Shown here: positions 31,941 through 43,744 of the stretch, piece by piece
Layout: every line of letters starts with the position of its first letter
How positions within the stretch are numbered: position 1 is the stretch's first letter
Assembly: GCA_001244265.2 (NCBI GenBank)
Contig: CDLV01000004.1
Span: 3,596,001 to 3,660,000, forward strand
Reading direction: 5' to 3'
Source of the DNA: Microbotryum violaceum
Lineage: Eukaryota
DNA: 64,000 bases
Notes under the pieces: model-generated
Databases searched by the model: none
What the model saw: the letters and a program-made list of their open reading frames with translations, nothing else
Told to the model about the DNA's origin: nothing
Translations under genes and position numbers: made by a program

Positions 31941-34900
31941 GGGAATAACGGGAAGGCGTTGTCTCGGATCCCCTATGATGTTACAGTCCAACCGGTCCGT
32001 TAAGCACGCTGCCCTGCGTTTTGCTTCTGAAAGATTGGCACACACCTGCCATCGCGACGGCCACTCCACCGAACCGAGCCATGGAATAACGGGAAGGCAT
32101 TGCTTCGGATTTCCTGTAATGTTACAGTCCAACCGGTCAGTTAGTCATGCTGCCCTGCGCTTTTCTTTTGAAAGATTGGCACATACCTGCCAACACGACG
32201 GTCACTCCACCGAACCGAGCCGTTGAAGATGACGGGAAGGCATCGCTTCGGATCCCCTGTGATGTTACAGTCCAACCGGTCAGTTAGTCATGCTGCCCTG
32301 CGCTTTGCTTTTGAAAGATTGGCACACACCTGCCATCGCGACGGCCACTCCACCGAACCGAGCCGTTGAGTGTGACGGGAAGGCATCGCTTCGGATCCCC
32401 TGTGATGTTACAGTCCAACCGGTCAGTTAGTCATGCTGCCCTGCGCTTTGCTTTTGAAAGATTGGCACATACCTGCCAACACGACGGTCACTCCACCGAA
32501 CCGAGCCGTTGAAGATGACGGGAAGGCATTGCTTCGGATCCCCTGCGATGTTACAGTCCAACCGGTCAGTTAATCATGCTGCCCTGCGCTTTGCTTTGAA
32601 AGATTGGCACATACCTGCCAACACGACGGTCACTCCACCGAAGCGAGCCATGGAATAACGGGAAGGCATTGCTTCGGATTTCCTGTAATGTTACAGTCCA
32701 ACCGGTCAGTTAGTCATGCTGCCCTGCGCTTTGCTTTTGAAAGATTGGCACACACCTGCCATCGCGACGGCCACTCCACCGAACCGAGCCGTTGAGTGTG
32801 ACGGGAAGGCATCGCTTCGGATCCCCTGTGATGTTACAGTCCAACCGGTCAGTTAGTCATGCTGCCCTGCGCTTTGCTTTTGAAAGATTGGCACATACCT
32901 GCCAACACGACGGTCACTCCACCGAACCGAGCCGTTGAAGATGACGGGAAGGCATTGCTTCGGATTTCCTGTAATGTTACAGTCCAACCGGTCAGTTAGT
33001 CATGCTGCCCTGCGCTTTGCTTTTGAAAGATTGGCACATACCTGCCAACACGACGGTCACTCCACCGAACCGAGCCGTTGAAGATGACGGGAAGGCATTG
33101 CTTCGGATTTCCTGTAATGTTACAGTCCAACCGGTCAGTTAGTCATGCTGCCCTGCGCTTTGCTTTTGAAAGATTGGCACACACCTGCCATCGCGACGGC
33201 CACTCCACCGAACCGAGCCGTTGAGGGTGACGGGAAGGCATCGCTTCGGATCCCCTGTGATGTTACAGTCCAACCGGTCAGTTAATCATGCTGCCCTGCC
33301 CTTTGCTTTTGAAAGATTGGCACATACCTGCCATCGCGACGGCCACTCCACCGAACCGAGCCATGGAATAACGGGAAGGCATTGCTTCGGATTTCCTGTA
33401 ATGTTACAGTCCAACCGGTCAGTTAGTCATGCTGCCCTGCGCTTTGCTTTTGAAAGATTGGCACATACCTGCCAACACGACGGTCACTCCACCGAACCGA
33501 GCCGTTGAAGATGACGGGAAGGCATTGCTTCGGATCCCCTGCGATGTTACAGTCCAACCGGTCAGTTAAGCACGCTGCCCTGCGTTTTGCTTCTGAAAGA
33601 TTGGCACACACCTGCCATCGCGACGGCCACTCCACCGAACCGAGCCGTTGAGGGTGACGGGAAGGCATCGCTTCGGATCCCCTGTGATGTTACAGTCCAA
33701 CCGGTCAGTTAAGCATGCTGCCCTGCGTTTTGCTTCTGAAAGATTGGCACACACCTGCCAACGCGATGGTCACCCCACCAAACCGAGCCATGGAATAACG
33801 GGATGGCATTGCTTCGGATCCCCTGTGATGTTACAGTCGATGTTACAGTCCAACCAGTCAGTCAGTCATGCTGCCCTGCGCCTTGCTTTTGAAAGATTGG
33901 CACATACCTGCCAACACGACGGTCACTCCACCGAACCGAGCCGTTGAAGATGACGGGAAGGCATTGCTTCGGATCCCCTGCGATGTTACAGTCCAACCGG
34001 TCAGTTAATCATGCTGCCCTGCGCTTTGCTTTGAAAGATTGGCACATACCTGCCAACACGACGGTCACTCCACCGAAGCGAGCCATGGAATAACGGGAAG
34101 GCATTGCTTCGGATTTCCTGTAATGTTACAGTCCAACCGGTCAGTTAGTCATGCTGCCCTGCGCTTTGCTTTTGAAAGATTGGCACACACCTGCCATCGC
34201 GACGGCCACTCCACCGAACCGAGCCGTTGAGTGTGACGGGAAGGCATCGCTTCGGATCCCCTGTGATGTTACAGTCCAACCGGTCAGTTAGTCATGCTGC
34301 CCTGCGCTTTGCTTTTGAAAGATTGGCACATACCTGCCAACACGACGGTCACTCCACCGAACCGAGCCGTTGAAGATGACGGGAAGGCATTGCTTCGGAT
34401 TTCCTCTAATGTTACAGTCCAACCGGTCAGTTAGTCATGCTGCCCTGCGCTTTGCTTTTGAAAGATTGGCACATACCTGCCAACACGACGGTCACTCCAC
34501 CGAACCGAGCCGTTGAAGATGACGGGAAGGCATTGCTTCGGATTTCCTGTGATGTTACAGTCCAACCGGTCAGTTAAGCATGCTGCCCTGCGTTTTGCTT
34601 CTGAAAGATTGGCACACACCTGCCAACGCGATGGTCACCCCACCAAACCGAGCCATGGAATAACGGGATGGCATTGCTTCGGATCCCCTGTGATGTTACA
34701 GTCGATGTTACAGTCCAACCAGTCAGTCAGTCATGCTGCCCTGCGCCTTGCTTTTGAAATATTGGCACATACCTGCCAACACGACGGTCACTACACCGAA
34801 CCGAGCCGTGGAATAACGGAAAGACATTGCTTCGGATCCCCTGTGCTGTTACAGTCGAACCGGTCATTAGTCATGCTGCCCTGCGTTTTGCTTTTGAAAG

Positions 34901-34945
34901 TTTCGCACACACCTGCCAACGTGATGGTCACCCCACCGAACCGAG
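31941..34945. repeat. Tandem satellite, ~21 units of mostly 140-143 bp, derived from a Helitron helicase exon-intron-exon junction
   Basis: GGGAAGGC recurs at 31950, 32091, 32234, 32377, 32520, 32660 and onward. On the minus strand each unit reads ARFGGVTVVLAG, a 73-nt GT..AG intron, then DPKQCLPVI. Confidence 0.95.
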
Positions 34946-35929
34946 ACATTGAGGACCTGCCACGGGATGGTGAGCCGCAAGTCACGCGACCAGAGCCTGT
35001 TTTCTGGCATGATTCGTTACAACTATCAGTATTCTCGCTGTTGTCCATCTGTAGCAATGGCAGTGAAGACTCACATTTAGTGTCCCAATGACCCGGCGGA
35101 TCTTCAACCGTACAAAGTCAATCCTTCCGCTGTTTCACTGACGTTCAATGTCTGTTTTTGGTGTCAGTTTTTCCGTCATATCTAAGACTGCACAGCCATG
35201 TCAAGGGAGGACTCACGTATGCAATGTCACCAGCTGACGGTGAAGAAACAACTCGGGGGTTGACACTCGAAGAGAATGTGTTGAAGGGAATTTCTGCTTG
35301 GTAGTAACCCATTAGCTTCTGAACAATTCCACACCAAGAGCACAGTTCATGAAGTTACTCACTCGAATTCGTAGCTATGCTGCATGTGGCAGCCATTTCT
35401 TGATCCCGTATTCGTTGCAGAGCTTCCACGACGACCGCTTCAGTCGGATGTCGCGAGCTCGAGGTGGCGATGGGATGAGGTGCGATGGGCAAGGTGTGAA
35501 GAGCAGGAGGGAGAAAGATGGAGAAGTCTGCGCCTCAGTTCAAACCGGAGTCATAGAATGTCGCGGACGGCCGTAGAACGTCGTGGAGTGAAGCCCGAAG
35601 CAGAAGGTCATGTGCCAGGCTGCTCTGATGGGAAATGGAACCTCGACAAACGTTGGAACCTCGGCGAACGTGGATGGAACGGTCTGTCGCCATGTGGTCT
35701 GTCTCCCGTTCTCTGACGTTCTTTGACGTCGACGTGGTGGACACGCGAAACAGTCTGCTTCGGAACAGAGAGAGTCACGTGCTGTTGAATGGAACCTCGG
35801 CGAAGGTAGACGAAACGGTCTCGCCGATGCTGAAACAGCGCTAGCTAACTGGGACGCGCTGGACCGAGAGCTGCCTATGACGTCACGCCACGTGGTTTGT
35901 CTCGTTCTAGAATGTTCTTTGTCTCGACG

Positions 35930-36112
35930 GCCTATTTTATTATATAGTTTTAAGCATTTTTATTTTATAAGTTTTAAGGAATAAGTTTTAAGGATAGTAG
36001 GATTAGAGTATAGTAGGATAAGTTTTAAGGATAGTTTTAAGGATTAGTAGATAGTTTTAAGGAAAGGATAGTAGATAGATGTAGATAGATAGATGTTGAT
36101 AGTTTTTAAGGA
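35930..36112. repeat. AT-rich low-complexity array of Helitron 5'-terminal motifs
   Basis: Repeated (ta)gttttaagga and tagatag motifs. The same motif ends the Helitron at 54042. Confidence 0.75.
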
Positions 36113-36113
36113 T

Positions 36114-38562
36114 AAGCTTCTTGGCTGGTCGAAGGAGGCGTTTCGTCTGAGTGCGCCGTCTCTTGCCTCCCCCGGCCCGTCGCGTCGTCTGTGCCACATC
36201 GTCATCAACATCCTAGGTTAGGCTCTCGCTTCAGTCAACTTCGACGAGATGTATCTAGACAATTTGGATATCGAGCTCCTTGACGATGATTTCGAGCGAA
36301 TGGCACCCCTCTTGGACGTGAGGGTGTCTGAGCTTCTTGCCTTCCGCTTCGACAACCCGGAGACCTAAGTACAGCTTTCGTGGTCGACAGACGAGCCTCT
36401 CGAGTTTGATACTCTTCCTAGGCCGTTCGATGCTTGGAGGTCCAAGTTCAAGGATCGTGGAGCAATTACTGCGGCACGTGAGCAAGGTTACCGGTCTATT
36501 GCTATCGCTGGGCACCGGCTGCCTTTCGGTGTCGAAAGGATCTGGCGGCATATAGATTACGCCGAGCGCATGCGTTCGATCGTTATCAGTAGCCAAAAGT
36601 AGATGGAAATATTATCTGGGTGTCGACATCGAAAGTCAGCCTCTCATCGTTAAGGCTCTGGAGGTGCTGCTGCCACTGCTCATTGAGGAGCACTATACCC
36701 CCTCAATGATCCTCGGGTGTAGCGCATTCTTGGACACGCGGCTCGATTTCGTTGGTAAGCAGCCAAGTTGTTCGTCTGTTCGATGGCGTGGTTGATTGGG
36801 ATTATTTTTCGTGCTTTTCCTATGGACAACGTGGCTTGGAGAAAGGTCTCGTCGGGAGCCGGAAGAGCGGAAGTCAGTTGAACACGCTGTTCGCTCTTTA
36901 GCTGCTCTTGGCCTTAACAATGATACTGCACCGTAAGTTGAGTGCAATGAGACCTGTACCAACCTCCTCCGAGCTGATGATACGTCTCTTCCAACTCTAG
37001 GCTTGCCGTTCAGCAGGCCTATGACGAGGCCGATGCTCAAGCAGAGGAATGCTTTCTACTCGACGCCATTGTGACAGCAAATGAAAACTTGCCAGGTCGT
37101 GTAGGTTCATTTAAGTAGCAACTGTCTTCTTGCAGAACCACTAAACAGAACCTGCACTCTTTCACAGGCTCAAATTCTTCGGCTCCTATCCCTTCTGCGT
37201 CACGACCCTCGTCAGCTTGCGCTTGATCTGAAAAGCTTGATCGAGCACCGTTGGGCCCATCAATGTGCCCACCTCAAGGCTGTCCTACTCAAGGGAAGGC
37301 ACGGCGCCCCCACCTCGACTGCCCAAGATTTCGATCCCACATCAAAAGCAAATTGTCCGAGCACGGTGAAGTGCACTCCAGTGTCCTCCGAGGCTTAGTG
37401 CAATCAATGGGTGCAGCCCATCTCGAAGCCATGTCAGGAGTCGCGAGGTTCATTCGTTGGACAGGACAAGGGACCTTCAGTCGCTTTTCGATCGCAAACG
37501 AGACAGACAACATAGGGTACATCGAAGACGGACGTAAAGAAGTGAGCTACAATCGTGTGCTGTGCACATATGGCCCAGAGCCCGAGTGCTCATCAATAAT
37601 GCTCATTCTTGCCCAGGTACGGATGCAATTGCGAGCAAGGCAATACACGGTATTCGCCAAGATCCCACCGTTTGGGTCGATTGACAGAAACGTCACTTCA
37701 GCCATGCCTTTGAAAATCGGCTCTCTTGTCTGCGTCGGATTGAAACAAGGCATCATACCTGTCAGTTGTGACGCCAGCAACATAGGAGAAGAACAATTGT
37801 CCATTGGACTTGGTTTGTGCATCTCACTGTAGCTAGCTTACTGCTTTGCAGAGTGACTGACATCGATTTTACCTCTCGTAGTACGTTACATGTATGCCAA
37901 GGCCACGTCAAATCATTGTGACAGAGCGGAGACCGACTCCCTCGCATTACTCTCGAATGTCGTCCTCCAAGAATGGCGAGTTGTGAGCAAGGGCCGTTGT
38001 TCAACGCATATGATTGACGGCACGACTCGCTTCTTTGGACTCGATGCTCGACAAATTATTCAATCCTTGGAATCATCCTCAACGCCCGCCCTCACTCTCG
38101 CACCCCAAGGATTCAGTCGCATACCTCGGGGAGCGTGTCTTCGACTTAAGCCAGCAGGCTGAGGCAAGGTTCTGTTTTCTTCGACACTGCAACGGATTAC
38201 GGAAACTTTTTTTCCCTTGAATAATCAAATGAAGGGTGTGAAAGATGTAGGGTCAAAAAGGAAGGCAGCAAGTGCAGGTGAGGAGCCCTCGGCCAAGCAG
38301 AACCGAACCGGCTGACACGCGCGCGTGCTCCGCCGATTCGGCCCGAGCGAAAAACGTCCGGACGGCGTTTTCGCGATATTTGGAGATGTTTCAGAGCATT
38401 TGAAGCAATTCTAGAACTATTTTTTGAGGCGCGTAGATGGACTGGACATTTTAGGGACTTTTTTGGGCGAAAATTCCAAAAAATGATGGACAAATGAGGT
38501 CCAAAATCGGCGATTTTGCCGGATTTTACCTACGCGCCTCAGGCTGGGCTTTCATGGGTCCT
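36114..38562 (+). mobile_element. Internally deleted derivative of the Ulp1/P-like transposon (copy C); left tip missing
   Basis: 36114-36710 matches 42276-42860 and ~36860-38562 matches ~11420-13038. Ends ...GGGCTTTCATGGGTCCT. Confidence 0.88.
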
Positions 38563-38826
38563 AGCGCGGAGGCAGGCGGAGACTGGCGGAGAGGCGGAGA
38601 GGCGCTAAAGCTCTCTAAGGAGCCCTATCAAAGGGCCCTTATACCCATAATAAAGAGCCCTGAAGCCAGTCGAAGCCCCTCGCCCCTCGCCTCGCCTTGC
38701 CGGCTGCGAAGCGTCCGAGCTCGGGCTTCAGAGCTTCAGACTCGGCTCCCCTCCTCCTCCGCTCTCCCTTCCTCCAGCCCATCCCACTCGGCCTTCCTTG
38801 ATTCATCCCCGTCCACTCGGTTCAAG

Positions 38827-41198
38827 ATGGGCAAAGTCTCCAAAGGCAAACAGACGAAAGCGTTCCTCAAAAAAGGGCTCTTGTCCGGCCAGATCAAGAA
38901 ACGGCACGAGGTCAAGGCGTTCAGACAAAAAGTGAAGGGGAGGCAGGTCAAGAGGAACAGGAGGGCTGACGAGGTAAAGCCAGCTGACGGGGACAACGAC
39001 GACGGAGAGGACAGTTTGGATGAAGAGGCGGGTAACCGAGCCAAGTATAGCGAGGATGAGGACGAGGATGAGATCGACGTCGAGGACGTCTTGGGCGCCG
39101 ATGGGTTACAGAACGATGATCAGGTCCGTCACAGCAGAATGCGATTCAGTGTCCTTGCCCAAACTGAAACCATTATTCCCCCCACAGAGCGGCCACGACG
39201 ACGACGACGACGATGATCTCGCCCTCGAGGACGACGACTTGTCCAATCTCGGCTCCGATTCCGACAACGAGACCGCTTCACGCTCGTGCAAACGATCCCA
39301 CGTCGCCGATCTCAAAGCTTTGGCCGAGAAGGACACCGACTTTTTCAAGTATTTGCAGGAGAACGATGCTGAATTGCTCCAGTTCAATGAGGACGAGGAT
39401 GAGCAGGACGACGATGACGAAGAGGAGCACGATGAGGACGACGACGACGAGGATGAGGAAGACACCAACAGGCGAGGCAAAAAAGTCGAAAAGGAGAAGC
39501 CAGCACCCGTCTTAACGCACGAAATTCTCAGGAAATGGCAGAAATCCATCCTGCGGGTTAGTCTTGTCAGCCCGAGGCGTCCGAACCCTGGACTGATCAC
39601 TTTTCTCCCTCGTCAGACCCGCTCGATCCGCTCGCTCAAGAAACTCTTGCTCGCCTTCCGATGCGCCGCCACTACCGGATCGCACCAGACCTCACTGCAA
39701 GGCGCACGCTGGGAGATCCAATCGCCCAAAGTGTTCCACAACCTCATCATCGCCTCGCTCAAATTCACCCCGGTGACTCTATCCTCTGCCGTGCCGTACA
39801 AGGAAAAGGACGGCAAATACAAGCTCGCGACCAATACGAAAGCCTATGCGTTGGCCCAACGACTGATCAAGTCCTACTTTGTTTCCTTGCAAGCCCTCTT
39901 GGGCAGCGTGTCGACTTCTTCGGGGATCCCTTTGGTCGCGGTGAACGAGTCGTCCAAGCTGGTGCCCTACATCGTAGGCAATCGTAAGATCGCTCGAGCA
40001 TGGGTCAAGCTCTTGCTCTCGTTGTACGAATACTCGACCGACGAAGTGCGCGTCGCAGCTTTCCTCGGCCTTCGTAAACTTGCCATCGCTTCCGACCACA
40101 GTCTGCGTGAATCCGTTCTCAAAGGCGTGTACGCGACCTTTTTGAGCTCGTCAAAGACGACAAACGTGCATTCGTTGCCGAGTCTGAACCTGATGAAGAA
40201 CGCGGCGAGTCAGTTGTTCTTGATCGAGGGGAAACAGGAGCAGGAGTTGGTGTACCAGTTGACGTTTGGGTACGTGAGGATGTTAGCCATGTTGTTGAGG
40301 AAGGCCGTCAAGGAGGGGTCCAAGGTGGGCCGAATACTCTCGCCATTCTCGGAAAAAAGCTGTGCTAATCTGACGCGTTTCGATCCAGGACTCGTTCAAA
40401 TCGGTCTACAACTGGCAGTTCGTACACGCCTTTGACTTTTGGTCGATCGTGCTCAGTTCAGCGTGCGACCTCGAACGCACGCGATCCCAAACCCACGACT
40501 CGCCCTTACGCCAACTGTTGTACCCGTTGATCCAAGTCGGTCAAGGCGCGATCCGCCTCGTGCCTACCTCGCGTTACTTTCCCCTACGCTTCCACCTCAT
40601 CCGATCCCTCCTGCGCATCGTCCAAAAAACGGGAGTCTACATCCCGCTCGCGACGAGCCTCTTCGAAGTCCTCGATTCCCCCGAGTTGGGAGGGACGTCC
40701 CCAACAGGTCTTGCGGCGAGGGCGTTGAAGCGATCTACTTTGAAACCGTTGGATTTCGAGTTGTACCTCAAGGCGCCTTCGAAATACCCCAAGACGAGGG
40801 TGTACGCCGATGGGTTGGCGGATGAGGTCGTACATCTCTTAGGAGAGTACCTCACCGCGTGGTCGACCTCGATCGCGTTCCCCGAATGGAGTCTACCTTG
40901 CATCGTCACGCTCAAGAGGCACGCTAAAAAGACGCGGCAAGCCAAATTAGGGGCGTTCATCAAGGTCTTGGTCAACAAGACGGAGATGAATGCCAAGTGG
41001 ATCGAAGGGGAGAGAGAAAAGATCGAGTTTGCGCCGATGCAGAGGGACAAGGTGGAGAGATTCTTGTTGGGGTTCGAGAAGGAGAAGACGCCTTTAGGGG
41101 GTTGGATGAGGTTGCAGAGGAAGGTGAGGGAGAGGACGAGGGAGATGGTGGACCAAGCGGCGCGGGCCGAGGGGATTGAGGTGGAGGAGGGTGAGTAG
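38827..41198 (+). CDS. NOC2: Nucleolar complex protein 2 (Noc2), 4 exons: 38827-39123, 39188-39556, 39617-40324, 40389-41198 (~727 aa)
   Basis: FFKYLQENDAELLQF, LNLMKN, VYNWQFVH, LLYPLIQV, RYFPLRFH and SIAFPE. Phase-0 GT-AG introns give an uninterrupted frame. Confidence 0.93.
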
Positions 41199-41586
41199 AT
41201 TCCTTGTGGCGGCCTCTCTTTAGGGTATCTGTAATTGTCAACCTTGTTTTTGATTGCATCATCGATCACTATCCTGACTCGCGGAGAGCATGGACCGTCT
41301 CGCCTGGTCCAAGTTTTCAAGTCGTCGAGACACGGCTCGGGCCGAAAAACATGCTGCGGAGGCTAGGACGTGATTCGAGGCTTGGGTTGTAAATTGCCGA
41401 ATGGTGTCGAGACGGTGTGCCACGTCGGTCGGTCGACGGGAAGCCGAATTGGGACGTGGCCGGGCCCGAATTGAGGGCATTCCGTGGTAGTACATGTTGA
41501 AGATGGTTCCTTGTCGATCGCCGCTCGGCGGTTGTGGTAGTCCATTTCGGATGCCCGACACCTACACGCCACCACCACTCGTTCGC

Positions 41587-41874
41587 TCAGCGCAACGCCT
41601 GGCCGATGCTCTCGACCCTCCTCTCTAGCTGCTCGATCGCCTGCCCGAGCTCCTGCACCTGCTCCGAATCCAACTTGTGCAAGACACGCTGACTGTCGAG
41701 CAGGAACGAATTCGCTACGCTGACGGCGAGGGCGGAGGGGTCTTGGGACGGAGGCGAACTGTCCGCGGTGTCGGTGTCGGTATCGAGAGAGGGGAGTAGG
41801 CTCGTCTTGGACGACAGGTGGTGCAGATCTGAGAGGAGGGAAGGGAGCGTAAAAGGGGTGGTGGAGGTGGTCAT
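41587..41874 (-). CDS. Small hypothetical protein (95 aa) with a C-terminal coiled coil
   Basis: ATG at 41874 follows a pyrimidine-rich leader. Helical heptad-like tail (LDSEQVQELGQAIEQLERRVESIGQAL). No family recognised. Confidence 0.6.
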   Translation of the reverse strand: MTTSTTPFTLPSLLSDLHHLSSKTSLLPSLDTDTDTADSSPPSQDPSALAVSVANSFLLDSQRVLHKLDSEQVQELGQAIEQLERRVESIGQALR

Positions 41875-42040
41875 GCTTGCGTGGGATTGCGTGTGCTGGC
41901 GTGGCAATTCGGTAGGAGAGAGTGAGGGGAGAGTGAGGGCGTGTCGAGGGGAGAGCATGAACAGGGAGGAAGAGAATAGAGGGAAGAGAACAGAGACGAA
42001 GAGAACAGGGAGGAAGAGCGCGGGGAGAGCGCTCGCACAT

Positions 42041-43283
42041 AGGGCCCCCGAAAGCCCGGCCTGGACAAATCATGGTGCGCCGGTGTGGGTGGGGTCCTAG
42101 GCCCGTAGGTTTCAGTGGACAAATCGGGACCCATTTCGGCCACTTCGGCTTGGAAAGTCAAAGTTCGCCGACCCTCAAGAGCCGCGGGAGCGCGCGCGAA
42201 ACATTCTGGGCTGTACCGAATGCACAACAACGGCTCTAATGGATGGATATTTTGCCCTTACAGTTTTGCACTTCTAAGCTTTTGGCTGGTTAGACGAAGC
42301 GTTTGAGTGCGCGCGTCTCTTGCCTTCCCCGCCGCGTCACGTCGACGTCGTCTGTGCCATCATCGCTGCCATCATCGCCAACTTGAATATCCTACATTCT
42401 CGGCACGGCTTGCTTCGACGAAACGTAGAGACCCGGATATCGATCTGTTTGACGATGATCTTGGGCGAATGGCACCCCTCTTGGACGTGACGGTGTCTGA
42501 GCTTTTCACCTCCAGCTTTGACAAACCAGACACCCGGATACAGCTTTCATGGTCGACAGACGAGCCTCTCGAGTTTGAATCCTTTGCTAGGCCGCTCGAT
42601 GCTTTGATGGACAAGTTGAAGATCGTGGAGCAATCCTTGAAGCACGTAGGCAAGGCCACCAGTCTATCACTATCGGCTGCCTTTCGATTTCGAATCTGGC
42701 GGCATATAGATCACGCTGAGCGCATGCGTTCGGTTGTTCTCAGTAGCCAAGAGTTGGGGGGGTTATCCGCGTGTCGGCATCGAAGTCCAACGTCCCATCG
42801 TTAGAGCTCTGGAGGTGATGCCGTCACTGCTCGTTGAGGAGCAATTACCCCCTCAATGAAACCTGGGGGTTCGTAGATCTCACTGTAGCTAGCTTACTGC
42901 TTCGCAGAGTGACTACAAGCAATCTTATCTCTCGTGGTACGTTACATGCATACCATGGCCACGTTAAATCATAATCAAAGAGGCAGGCAGTAAGTGCAGG
43001 TGAGGAGCCCTCGGCGAAGCCGAATCGAAACGGCTGACGCGCGCGCGGGCTCCGCCGATTCGGCCCGAGCGAAAAACGTCCGGACGGCGTTTTCGCGGAT
43101 TTTGGAGATGTTTTAGAGCATTTGAAGCAATCCTAGAACTATTTTTTGAGGCGCGTAGATGGACTGGACTTTTTTGGGACTTCTTTGGGCGAAAATTCCA
43201 AAAAATGATGGACAAATGAGGTCCAAATCGGCGACTTTGGCGGATTTTACCTACGCGCCTCAGGCTGGGCTTTCATGGGTCCT
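42041..43283 (+). mobile_element. Complete non-autonomous derivative (1243 bp) of the Ulp1/P-like transposon with TIRs and 8-bp TSD (copy D)
   Basis: Left end AGGGCCCCCGAAAGCCCGGCCTG and right end CAGGCTGGGCTTTCATGGGTCCT match 19/23 as inverted repeats. Flanks are TCGCACAT (42033-42040) and TCGCATAT (43284-43291). Confidence 0.9.
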
Positions 43284-43316
43284 TCGCATATCGTCGTCAT
43301 TTTGGCCGAGCGCGCG

Positions 43317-43665
43317 AGGACCCCCGAAAGCCCAGCCTGAGGCGCATAGGTAAAATCCGCCAAAATCCCGGATTTTGGACCTCATTTGTCCACCAACTTT
43401 TGGATTTTTCGGCCAAAAAGGTCCCCAAAATGTCCAGTTCATCTACGCTCGTCCAAAGATAGCTCTAGAATTGCTTCAAATGCTCTAAAACATCTTCAAA
43501 AACCGCGAAAACGCCGTCCGGACGTTTTTCGCTCGGGCCGAATCGGCGGAGCCCGCGCGCGCGTCAGCCGTTTCGGTTCTGCTTCGCCGAGGGCTCTTCA
43601 CCTGCACTTACTGCCTACCTCTTTGACTATGATTTAACGTGGCCATGGTATATTAACGCACCGCG
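43317..43665 (-). mobile_element. Right end of another non-autonomous copy (copy E), tail-to-tail with copy D
   Basis: Starts AGGACCCCCGAAAGCCCAGCCTG. Reverse complement of ~42935-43283, including the same internal deletion junction. Confidence 0.88.
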
Positions 43666-43744
43666 GGGCGGCGACCAGTCCCTGAACTTCCAGTGATCCA
43701 GTGCCGTCTATAAAGTCACACTAACAACCATGGCCCGAGATAGG

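Larger units (their letters stand above)
30678..36112 (-). mobile_element. Non-autonomous Helitron with Pif1-helicase remnants and an internal satellite
   Basis: 3' end has hairpin GGCGCGC-GGA-GCGCGCC (30689-30705) then CTAG|T. 5' end is A|TC at 36112. Helicase motifs DAPGGTGKTF, VASSGIAALLL, STAHSRFKIP, WDEAPM, GD.KQCLPVIP. Confidence 0.88.

Noticed and set aside
31941-34945. CRISPR-like array
   Set aside because: Units repeat end to end with only a few recurring variants and no unique spacers. There are no cas genes, the context is eukaryotic, and the unit derives from a Helitron helicase.
39106-39600. Poly-Ser antisense ORFs here and at 62269-62901
   Set aside because: They are shadows of Asp/Glu-rich coding sequence on the opposite strand.
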